Shown here piece after piece: positions 37,171 through 47,873 of a DNA stretch of 64,000 nucleotides. The DNA is from Asterias rubens (taxonomy: Eukaryota): assembly GCF_902459465.1 (NCBI RefSeq), contig NC_047062.1:19158001-19222000 (forward strand), given 5' to 3'. The position numbers and the translations under genes were made by a program. Each line of letters opens with the position of its first letter. The first letter of the stretch is position 1. The notes beneath the pieces were generated by a model that was given only the letters and a program-made list of their open reading frames with translations, was not told the DNA's origin and did no database searches.

Positions 37171-38857
37171 CAAAAATATGCTTTTCTACATGTATAATCA
37201 TTTCCTCAGACCCAGAAAACTGGGGACACCATAATAAACAAATGCAATTTAATGTTTAGTTTGTTAGATTGTTATGTGTCATTAATTTCTAATTGCAATT
37301 TAATGGCCTGACAATTCAACCCTAGCATTACTTTCTGGAAGGCTAAAATTCACTTTTGTATTCACAAATTCACAGTTCTCTTGGGGAACCATTTATCACT
37401 ACTCATTTACCACTAATGCTACAAACAAAGTAAGAATATATTTATGAACTTAGGACAAAATCATAAAAACCAAAAAGGTTAAACAAACAATTTCTGTGAA
37501 ATCTCTTTAAACTGAGGATTTTATGGGTTCACTTTGATATTTACCACTTTTCTTTGGGAATCATTTATATCTACTTTGCTACAAATTAATCAAAGTCGAT
37601 ACATTTGCCCTAGCTTGTGACAAGACAAAACTGATTGCAGTACGATGAATAAAAAAGACAAGAAAACATTGTGATTATTTGTAAAATCAATGAACTTTGT
37701 TTTTGACCGCTTTTTCAAAATTACCCAGAGAGAGGAAAAAAAGAGAGAGAAAAAAATAGAAGTGTTTTACAAAATGAACCGAGGAACATCAATACCTTTC
37801 TGACTATATGACATGAGTAAATATCAGCGTATCAGGCAAAGTGCCTCAAATCACACATCTTCCACTAGAGAGATTTAGAAAGTCTGTAAATATGCAAGTA
37901 ATACATCTCCAGACTAGAGCTGATGACATTGTCACTTTGTTTACTCCTCACGCGCTCATACGATACTCCGAACCCGCCAAGCCCGCCACACCGACCATGT
38001 CTGACTTGGCTTGTCAGACCCGATCGGGTGAGAGCACTGCACCCCGAGTGTACAGCTCTAGAACAGGGAAAACGAAGAGCTAGAACAGGGACAAGAGGAG
38101 CCGCCGCGCGGAAACTCGCAGACGGCCCAGGTGGCGCAAGCGGAGGCTAATCAGCGACTGTGGCGACTTCACAGCTGCAAGTATGAAATGCTGAGGGTGT
38201 TTTGACACCCCGTACTCCCTCGTTGAAGCGGTCCCTAGCGGGATGCTGCACACATGCCAGTGTAATTGGGCATACTAATCATATCACTGATGCATGGTTG
38301 CTGAATTGGACGGGGAAGCAAAAGTTACACAATTTTTTCTCTTCATCCCCCCCCCCCCCTCTTTCTGGTGGGTGTCCAATGTTATATTTGGGGTTAACTG
38401 CGGTAAGAATAACTGGTTTAGCAGCCCCCCTTCTGGTAGGTGTCCATTGTTTGTGGTTATTTGCGGTAAGATAACTGGTTTATCAGAATGTGTGACACTC
38501 ATTCTTTTGTGAAAATATAGCGATGAAAATATTATTACCTCCTGAATGACAGGTGCATTATTGAACACTAACTTCAAGATTGGCAAAACTGTTTTTAATT
38601 GAAGTGCGTTGCATTTCAAGAAAGGAGAGATAAAGAAAAATTTTCCAATTTACAAAAACTAACAAATATTTACCTTTTTATTTGATACAGAAAGACTCTC
38701 AAGAAAAAAACATTTTCATACAAGTAAGTACTGAGATGACAGTATGATATCTAACAACAAAAAGAAATATGAATGAATGTATTGGTTCTCAACACACATT
38801 ACCAGGATATGCTTGAGTCCACAATGTGTTACAAGTTTAGTTTACTTTCCCTTTTAA

Positions 38858-39188
38858 AGACACTGGACACTATTGGTAATTGTCAAAGACCAGTCTTCTC
38901 ACTTGGTGTATCTCAACATGTGCATAAAATAACAAACCTGTGAAAATTTGAGCTCAATTGGTCATCGAAGTTGAGAGATAATAATGAAAGAAAAAACACC
39001 CATGTCACACAAAGTTGTGCGCTTTCAGAGTCAAATTCGTGGAAAATTATTTCTTTCTTGAAAACTACGTCATTTCAGAGGGAGCCAATTCCCACACCAT
39101 TTTATACTATCAACCTCTCCCCATTACTCCTTACCAAGGTTTTATGCTAATAATTATTTTGACTAATTACCAATAGTGTCCACTGCCT
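38858..39188. mobile_element. Kolobok/T2-like MITE (family A)
   Basis: TTAA-AGACACTGGACACTATTGG...CCAATAGTGTCCACTGCCT-TTAA. Confidence 0.9.
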
Positions 39189-39303
39189 TTAATGCATGAA
39201 ACCTATTGGGGAAGTCTTTGGCACTAAAGTTTAGTTGAAAAAAAACCCAAAAAACCCTGCATTGAACCATTGAACAAAACCAAATACATAATGTGCAGAC
39301 TAA

Positions 39304-39437
39304 GGCTGTGTCCAACTTGGGCGGCTACAGCTACGGCTAGTTTGCAGCGTTTTCATGCGTTGAAGTATAAGAAATACATAGCAACGTCCATAGCAACAGC
39401 CGTAGCTGTAGCCGAAGCTGCCAATTCAGATACGGCA
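39304..39437. mobile_element. PIF/Harbinger-like MITE
   Basis: TAA direct flanks. Inverted GGCTACAGCTACGGC / GCCGTAGCTGTAGCC. Confidence 0.8.
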
Positions 39438-40343
39438 TAATCGGATATCAATGTGCTAAAAATTGCATACCGCAGTGTATCATACCTGTGAACGACCCAC
39501 CCACCCACTAAACGCCCAACTAGACCCGCATGAATTTCTGCTCAGAAAAAAAAGAAGAAGTGAAGTCTCACTGCACATTTACTGAGGAAATGATCCACAC
39601 GTGGACATGCTTATACTGCGATCTTGCACCTGTGTTATTAACTATTTTCACCGCCGTTCTAATCTCGCTCTAGCATCTTGTGATGGCTTCAAAAAGCAGA
39701 GACCAAGTGCTTTTAATTTTGTGTCGCAGCACAGCAATGATTCATAGTTCAGGTGTTTGCTTCTGTAATCTATATTTGCATGTAATAGTCTGGTAATACT
39801 GAGATGCTTGTTATTTTTGGTATCCACAACTAGGTGATCAATCAATTAATATTGGAACTGAACAGGTGGACAGTAAGATGGAGTGGACCACTCAGACTCA
39901 ATCAACGAAAAGGACTAACTTGCGTGTTTCGCAGCAAACTTGACATGAACTCGGCTTCATAGACTGACCATGGTGTCAATTAAGGATGGCTAAGCAAGAA
40001 CATACAAGTTGAATGTTGGGTCAATCTCAAGATTAACTTCTAAAGACCCCCCCCCCCAAAAAAAAAAAAAGAGAAAAAAAAAAAAAGAGAAACTGCAACA
40101 ATGACTCGCCATTTTCTCTTCAGTACCAAGATATAATTACTGACCAAAATCAGTGTCAGCAATTAAAGATGTCTATCAATCCAGGAAATAAAACAAGTTT
40201 AACTGTCAACTATATCAATATAGGCCTACTCAAATGGGAAACTTCTAAAATGTGCATGATTGTATTGAATGCCAGCATTTAAATAAATGTTACTGAGTTG
40301 AATAGTTTTTGTATTTGCGAAAAATTTCAGCAAAAATTCATAC

Positions 40344-40433
40344 CTGTGAGAGACCCAGGTATATGGAGACAGTCTCCGAGATGTACAAGAATCTTCCGTC
40401 ATTGCTCAACCCAAAGAGAAAACCATCAAGTGC
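40344..40433 (-). CDS. NPAS3: NPAS1/3 ortholog, exon 4, PAS-A ([30 protein letters not shown])
   Basis: Canonical PAS-A motif. cccacag acceptor, gtatga donor, 90 nt, phase 0 to 0. Not in the ORF track. Confidence 0.96.
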
Positions 40434-41577
40434 CTGTGGGGAGATTGTTGTTGTTATTATTATTGTTATTATTATTTATTTGGCCATTTCACAAAGGACA
40501 AAAACAATACTTAAATAGCAATTAAAGCCTAAATGAAGATGACTGACAGAATGTTTGCATACAACAAGGAGCATGTGTAGAAAAGATGAGAGATGAGGGT
40601 AGATGGGTAAGGATAGGAAATGGGGTGGGTGGGAGAGGGAACAGCAGGGAACCCAGTTCAAGCTAGTGTCAGGATTAATAAAAGTGTACTTGAACACTAT
40701 GACCCTAAAGTCTGTCAATCCAAACTTGAGATGGGAAAATAGGTTTTACATGCTAAATAATAGTCGTCTCACTGAGGACTTGTTTTACTAATTTCGCAAA
40801 AACTACAGCACCTCAGCAACAAATATTTTAAGGGAAGCTTTCTACTATCATTATCTTCAAATTGTGTGAATTTAATGTAAGTTGACATTGTGGTTTGTGT
40901 CTTACAAAAAGTACCTAGACCCTTTAATGACATATTTAGGGTCTTTCTCTCTGTCTCTGCCTCACTCCCCCCCACTCTCCCTCAGTGTAATTGGATGACA
41001 GAGCAGGTTTAACACTCAATAGGACACTAAGTGTGTGCAGTTCCTTCACTCAGAAGATTACTGCTTGTTACAATACACTTGAAGGGACAGGCTCCCCCAA
41101 CGCATATGGGAATGTTTTACATCTTGAGCTCCGGTTCTCAAGTTCTTCTTTCTTTCTGAAGGGAGAAGCAGCAGCGTAACTTAACCTCATGTGTTTCTCC
41201 TTGATTGCTATTAAGAGGCATTAGTACAGCAATTGACGTTAATGGAAAGGGGCTTATATGCAATTATATCAAAATAACAAAATTAACTAGTGAAAGTTGA
41301 GCTAAGAGAAACGCTATAACATTTATAAAATCTCTTGAAAATATGTCCGTTTTAGTATCTTTCACACAACTCTCCGTTTCTGACGCATACAGCCTGTTTA
41401 GAATAACTTTTGTTTTTTTATATTATATATTTCAAGTTCTTGTACATGTTTTGTTTATTTTAAAACACGGGATATGGAATTTCATAACAAATGACTGAAT
41501 GAATGAAAAAGTCCACAAGTTTTTATATAAGAGAAAAATACAAACAAATATAATTAGACTTGGTTACTTAACGTTAC

Positions 41578-41660
41578 CTGAAGAATATGTCCACCTAGAT
41601 TGTGCTCATAAACCTCCTGAGCTATTGCAGATACTCCGGAATGTTGGTGAGAATATCGAC
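41578..41660 (-). CDS. NPAS3: NPAS1/3 ortholog, exon 3 (GRYSHQHSGVSAIAQEVYEHNLGGHILQ)
   Basis: Equivalent to NPAS3 A.EVFE.HLG.HILQ. tttttag acceptor, gtaacg donor, phase 1 to 0. Confidence 0.92.
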
Positions 41661-41759
41661 CTAAAAAAACAACCACAAATTATCCATGTTATACTTTTAA
41701 TAGACCTCATGATCAAATTTTCAATCGTATCTATATATTGATCAAAGGTGAAGCGTTAA

Positions 41760-42141
41760 AGACATGGGATAGACACTATTGGTAATTGTCAAAGACCAGT
41801 TTTCTAACTTGCTGTATCTCAACATATGCATAAAATAACAAACCTGTGAAAATTTGAGCTCAATCGGCCATGGAAGTTGCGAGATAATAATGAAAGAAAA
41901 AACACCCTTGTTACACAAAGTTGTGTGCTTTCAGATGCTTGATTTCGAGACCTCAAATTCTAAATCTGAGGTCTCGAATTCAAATTCGTGGAAAACTACT
42001 TCTTTCTTAAAAACTACTCCACTTCAGAGGGAGCCGCTTCTCACAATGTTTTATACTACCAACCTCTCCTCATTACTCGTTACCAAGTAAAGTTTTATGC
42101 TAATAGTTATTTTGAGTAATTACCAATAGTGTACACTGCCT
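41760..42141. mobile_element. Kolobok/T2-like MITE (family A)
   Basis: Family A body with slightly altered termini. Confidence 0.88.
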
Positions 42142-42679
42142 GTAAAAGGCTGGTGCTGGAACTGTCACTTGTGTGGCTATAAACATCCCGTCCAATAACC
42201 CCCCTCTCCCCTTCAATAAGATAAGAAAGAATCCAAATAGGGGTGTTTTGATTGAGCAAACACCTCCACCAAGTTGCAAGTTCCCCAAGAACCCACTTTC
42301 TGTACATATGGATTTATCAAAATTGTAAATAAATTTCCACGCCTAATTAAAACCTTAGCATGAAACACCACGAAGTAAGCAAACTTATGATTTTAGAAAG
42401 TTGTTTTCTGGTCAGAGAGTTGCAAGCTGTTGAAGTTGGTCAAATTTACAACTCAATTAGCAACGGCTTCGTTGAAATTAGTTAACCAACATTACATTGG
42501 TCCAAGTCACAAAACTTGTAACATTACTTTGTTGGTAAGGATGTACACTTCCAATATTAATTTTGTTCATGATGCCGACAAATCTTTAGAAAAGAGCCCG
42601 ATGCAGCTAAATCAGATACACTTTAGGAATTTCTTCATATGAAATTGCCCAATGTTTTCCAATCTAAAAACAAATTAGG

Positions 42680-42899
42680 TAATAATAATAATATTAATTT
42701 TGGTTTTTACCCATACACCGATGTGTGTTAGCACTGTATACTCAGTGCTTTCCCGAGTCCTGTGAAAAAAATATCACAGGCATGTTACTCGGGTGGAATT
42801 CGAACCCACAACCCTTGCAATTCTAGAGCAGTGTCTTACCAATTAGACTACCGAGGTTGCCCGGTAGCTAGAGGCAGCTCGAATCCTATGTTTTTGCAT
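42680..42899 (-). mobile_element. tRNA-related SINE-like repeat (family 2)
   Basis: Minus strand has GGTAGTCTAATTGGTAAGACAC (A-box-like) and GGTTCGAATTCC (B-box), with an (ATT)n tail. Copies at 28308 and 44436. Confidence 0.8.
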
Positions 42900-42903
42900 T
42901 ACT

Positions 42904-42940
<37 letters not shown>

Positions 42941-43348
42941 CAATCGTGGCTTCTTATATAGCGCACATGACCGTCACTCAGTGACACTCCTGGCGCTGTA
43001 ACATACAGTATTTCCTGCAAGATGTGGGACTACGTTTTACGAGACCTAATTCTGATAGCACCATGTAATGTTTTTACAAGGTGCTGTGGCGCAATTTTCT
43101 GTCACTCAACCAGGAACACCGGGGCGAGCCCCTTCTCTTTTCGATAAGTGCACTCGGTTCTTTTACATGCGTTACATAACACAGGGGACCAACGGCTTAA
43201 CGTCCCGGCCGAAGGACGAAGCAATGGTGAAGTGTCTTGCTTAAGGACACAAGTGTCATGGCTGATGGGGATTCAAACCCACACTCTGCTGATCAGAAAC
43301 ATCAGAGTTTGAATTCGATGCTCTTAACCGCTCGGCCACGACACTTCC
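42904..43348 (-). mobile_element. Full-length tRNA-derived SINE (family 1)
   Basis: Reverse complement starts GGAAGTGTCGTGGCCGAGCGGTTAAGAGC. (TAT)n tail at 42904-42945. Confidence 0.9.
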
Positions 43349-44435
43349 ACAGCAATACCAAGAAGTAAATCTTCATACGGTTTCAGAACAATTTATCCTA
43401 CAAAGAAATCCAGTGACATGATAAAATGTGTACACCAGACAACACTGATTTTTTGCGGCATTTGTTTACACGTAACGCAGGCGGCATGCACTCCCAGGAA
43501 CATGTTCAACAGCAAGTTTACATGACAAATTCGTATGTAAACAACAGAAACTGACGGCAGGCCTCGAGTGACACTCAACAAAGTTGCTCATTCAACAGAG
43601 AAAACTCTCATCATAATAATGATTAATCTTACACCATGATACAAAGGGTGATTCCTTATGCAACAACCACAATCCCCAATCCTTTACAAAATGAGCGTTT
43701 TTATTTTTGATAGATTGCTTTTACGATGGTACAAACATCCTGAGCTTATAGTTATGTAGCAAACAGGAAATATTATTTGGAGCTTGAACTGGATCACAAA
43801 TTTGATAATTCCACCATGAAGTGGACAGGGCTCAAGAGCAGGAAACAATTTATAATCATTCCAATCTGGCAATTTATTTTTTATTAAGAACAGATAATTT
43901 GCACTTTGGGCTCCCTATTTTTACATCACTTTTACAAATGAAGTTTTTTGTCGCAAGTAAATGTGGTTGATCAAGGTTCAATGGAAGTGTAATCTACTTG
44001 TTACATAAGTGAAGATTCGTATCCTGGTTTAAAATACCACTTGAAGTCCTCTTGTATTTAACAAGTGAAATTGACTTATTTAGGCATAAGATTGATCCTA
44101 AACTAAAAATATGTTTTAAGACACAATATTACACCCTTAGTTTTCATAGGAGTAAACATCTATTGCCATTTTGTAGTTTTCAATAAACATACCACACTAC
44201 CAAGCTGTGAAAAAGCCACCAAACTTTGCGAGATATTTAGTACCCCATGCCATCCGAGATAGATACAATGTTTCTGAATGACCAGAATGAATCCCTCTTT
44301 ATGAAAAAGAGGGAAGGCCTAATTTGGACGGTTCAAACAAGCAGACAAATTTCACCAGAAAACAGGGAAAGAAAAAAAAATTAATTCCTCTTTTCCCTTG
44401 ACAATAAAAAGCAATTAAATCGATGCGATACCTGC

Positions 44436-44622
44436 TGCTAAAACATAGGATTTGAACTGCCTCTAGCAAATCTTGGTGGTCTAAATGGTAAGACATCTGC
44501 TCTACAATGGAAAAGGTCGTGGGTTAGAATCCCACCCTGACAATGTGCAGCTGAATTTTTTCACATCCTCTGAAAAGTTAGTGCAACACACATCGGTGTA
44601 ATGGTAAAACCAAATAATAATT
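44436..44622 (+). mobile_element. tRNA-related SINE-like repeat (family 2), diverged
   Basis: AAAACATAGGATTTGAACTGCCTCTAGC...GGTCTAAATGGTAAGACA...ACACACATCGGTGTA. Confidence 0.75.
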
Positions 44623-44736
44623 AAGCAAGTAGAAATTTTGCATGGTGGAATTCAAATTTAGTGAGGTTTGCAGTAACACCATGTAATGATAATCTCTTAT
44701 TGAGTATGGGGTGGTTCTGGAGAGAACCGTAGGTTT

Positions 44737-44783
44737 TCAACTTGACGTTTCGATCAGTTTGCTCTGATTGTCTTCTGGAGGAT
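44737..44783 (-). ncRNA. Degenerate minimal hammerhead ribozyme-like motif
   Basis: Minus strand reads CAGAAGA-C-AATCAG-AGCAAA-CTGATC-GAAA-CG-TC. It has a U4>A core change and a G10.1>A change. The downstream sequence is homologous to that after 26441. Confidence 0.45.
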
Positions 44784-44849
44784 GCAATAAAAATAATTAG
44801 CCTTGATATAAGAGGCATGATTTATCTCAAAGACCGTGAGAGCACACAC

Positions 44850-45106
44850 CTTGTAAGACGGAGGCGATACTTCTTCCGACACCGTGACTCTCCAGGTAGG
44901 TATGCCATGGTGGATCTCCTTGCATGGCAAAGTCTCTTATCTTAAGATAGCTCATGGTCAGCCGAATGATGGAAGCCTTGTCAAGCTGGCTGGTGATGGC
45001 CGCTGGTAACGGCAACATCTTGGCCAACTCATAATACTCATAGTTTTCCTTGCCTCGCCGGGAACGGGCTGCATCTCGAGATTTCTCCTTGCGAAGCGCG
45101 ATGATC
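44850..45106 (-). CDS. NPAS3: NPAS1/3 ortholog, exon 2, bHLH domain ([67 protein letters not shown]...)
   Basis: RRGKEN and QGDPPW are diagnostic of Trh/NPAS1/NPAS3 rather than SIM or HIF. ttgcag acceptor, AG|gtgtgt donor, phase 2 to 1. Confidence 0.97.
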
Positions 45107-47120
45107 CTGCAACATGGAAGAGAAATAAGGCCAAGGTTGAAAGGATGATTTTTGCTTTAGAGATTGTGATCGTAATTTCACCTGGAAGATTGAGGGCAGA
45201 GATTGCAAATGAAACACATGAGAGGCTCTAATAGTATCAATTCTTTTATAGGAAAGGAGGTTATATTGATGACTAACTTTTGTATTAATGTAATATTTCT
45301 GCTTTATAATACCATAGTGGAATTTATTTTAGATTGTGATCATAATTTCACTTTGCAGTGGAAGTTTGAGGGCGGGGATTGCCAATGACATACATGAGAT
45401 GATCTAATGGTATCAATTCTTTTGTGGAAGACGAGTTGATATACATGTTGATGACAATTTTATTTTGTATTGATGTCACAATATGAAATGTTTCTACATC
45501 AATTACAATGATAGATATATCAAAAAACACCATTTCTTACAGATACAAAAACTAAGGGAACTATGGTCCTCAAACGATGGTTTGCCTTTAACCAACCTAA
45601 GAAATACACAAAATAACACAATACACTAAATTGCATTGTGATAGCTTTAACAAGAGACGGTGATGTAACAACTAAATATTTAACCTGACTAATATACTTC
45701 AATTTTCATGTTTGAAATCACAGTTGATTAGTCTAAACTTTGTATAACTCTTTTCATCAACAGAGTTTACAGAATGCATTTACTATGGCTTATACAGAAT
45801 ATAAAACATTACACTAATTTGAAAACTGACAGCAAAATGTGAAGCGATTCACAAAAATCATCCAGGGATGTGATAAAACTCATGAAAACACACACAAGTA
45901 GCAAGAAGGACACATACATGGTGTTACCGCAAACCAAAAATATATTGATACCTCACCATGCAATGCCTCAAATCCCATAAACAAGTATCCATTATTCCTT
46001 TTACAGACCAAGCCACAGTTCCCGTCTAATATAATTGTAACACAATAAGCAAGTTATTCGCTAAACATATTCCACCTTGACAGTCAATTTCAAATTCAAC
46101 TTGAATTAAACAATTGAATTAACTTCAATCACAGTTGATCTTCATTGGATTTGGGGTCAGTTTAATTTCCCAAGGATACAGCGGAATCAAGTCCGAGTAA
46201 TAAGCTCCCCCGCAGGAGAGAGAGAGATGATTTCATTGGCACCCTTAATGACCCCCTCGACCACTTGACAATAACCCCAGGACTAATATCATCTCAATGC
46301 GACGCTTCTCTAGTGTCCAGCCTCACGCATAAACTCAAATCAATTTTCCGAATCCTGACGATCCTGTCATCAAAACATGATGATCACCCTGAGTGATTAC
46401 CCCCCACACACAAGTATTACCCTATATTTCCTGCTTTATAAATGATGCAATATCTGCCAGTGTGGCCCTCCAAGCTGTGGCTCGGCCGTGCGCTAATGAT
46501 TTTGGGAGGAGAGATAAAGCATTGTTTGTTTACCGGATGATGTCAGATATGGCCCCTTGGACGAGGGGGGCCTGAGCAGAAGATGACAAGATAATGACAG
46601 ATTGCTCTAATGTCCTCTTCCATATGCGATGTCTGCTACTTTGAAGAAGAGGGCAGGACTAGATTCTGACACGTTCGCAAAAGTTATAACCCGTGTGCAG
46701 AGTAGTGACAAAGAAAGGTGCCACTGGATGTGATAAAATTTGCTTCATTTTGAAGTGGCTTTAGCGGGGAGGGAACATTTTTAATTAAAGGAAGAAAGAT
46801 TCTTTAAGGAAACGAAGATTTCAATTAAAGTGAAAATATTACCTACTGATTACTATCAGTTATATGGTCTGCAAAACTAGCTTTGGTAAATAGCACAAGG
46901 CATAATAATTTACTCTCTGTTTTATTTTATTTTTTATTTTAAAATCTAGCTTTCTTCTTCATAAATTTCATTTCCATATAATGTTCCCTATAATATTATT
47001 CTAAGTTTTCTAAGTAGAAGCCAAACATAATTGAAAAAGTATGTGTCCGAAACTAAAATGCTCTTATGCTTAACATTTTGTATTGAGCATAGTACACATG
47101 GGTTAAGTCAAGACATTTAA

Positions 47121-47490
47121 AGGGAAGGTACACGTTTGGTAAGCGTCAAAGACCAGTATTCTCACTTCGTGTGTATCTCAACATAAGCAAAAAATAACAA
47201 GCATGTGAAAATTTGGGCTCAATTGGTCATCGAAGTTGCGAGAAAATGATGAAAGAAAAAACACCCTTGCTGGACGAATTTGTGTGCTTTCAGATAGGAA
47301 TAAAAGACTTCTGGCTAGAAGTCTTCTATAATTTCAGTGAGAAATTACCTTTTTCTCAAAATATATGCTACTTTAGAGGGAACCGTTTCTCACAATGTTC
47401 TATACTATCAACAGCTCTCCAATGCTCGTTACCGAGTAAGTTTTCAAGTTAATATTTGTTTTGAGTAATTACCAAACGTGTACCTTCCCT
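47121..47490. mobile_element. Kolobok/T2-like MITE (subfamily B termini)
   Basis: TTAA-AGGGAAGGTACACGTTTGGTAA...TTACCAAACGTGTACCTTCCCT-TTAA. Confidence 0.92.
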
Positions 47491-47494
47491 TTAA

Positions 47495-47873
47495 AGGCAG
47501 TGGACACTATTGGTAGTTACTCAAAATAATTATAGACATAAAACCTTTCTTTGTGACGAGTAATGGGGAGAGGTTGATGGTATAAAACATTGTGAGAAAC
47601 GGCTCCCTCTGCAGTGCCATAGTTTTCGAGAAAGAAGTAATAATCCACGAATTTGATTTCGACACCTTAAGTTTAGAACTTAAGGTCTCAAAATCAACCA
47701 TCCAAACGCACACAACTTAGTGTTGCAAGGTTGTTTTTTTCTTTCCTTATTATCTCGCAACTTCGATGACCGATTGAGCTCAAATTTTCACAGGTTAGTT
47801 ATTTTATGCATATGTTGAGATACACCAACTGTGAAGGCTAGTCTTTGACAATTACCAATAGTGTCCACTGTCT
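47495..47873. mobile_element. Kolobok/T2-like MITE (family A), abutting the previous element
   Basis: Shares the TTAA at 47491-47494. Ends GTGTCCACTGTCT-TTAA. Confidence 0.92.

Noticed and set aside
41090-41165. Possible extra exon (cccttcag|AAAGAAAG...) between exons 3 and 4
   Set aside because: The frame required by exon 3 (phase 0) gives no convincing donor or conserved peptide, and exons 3 and 4 join perfectly without it.
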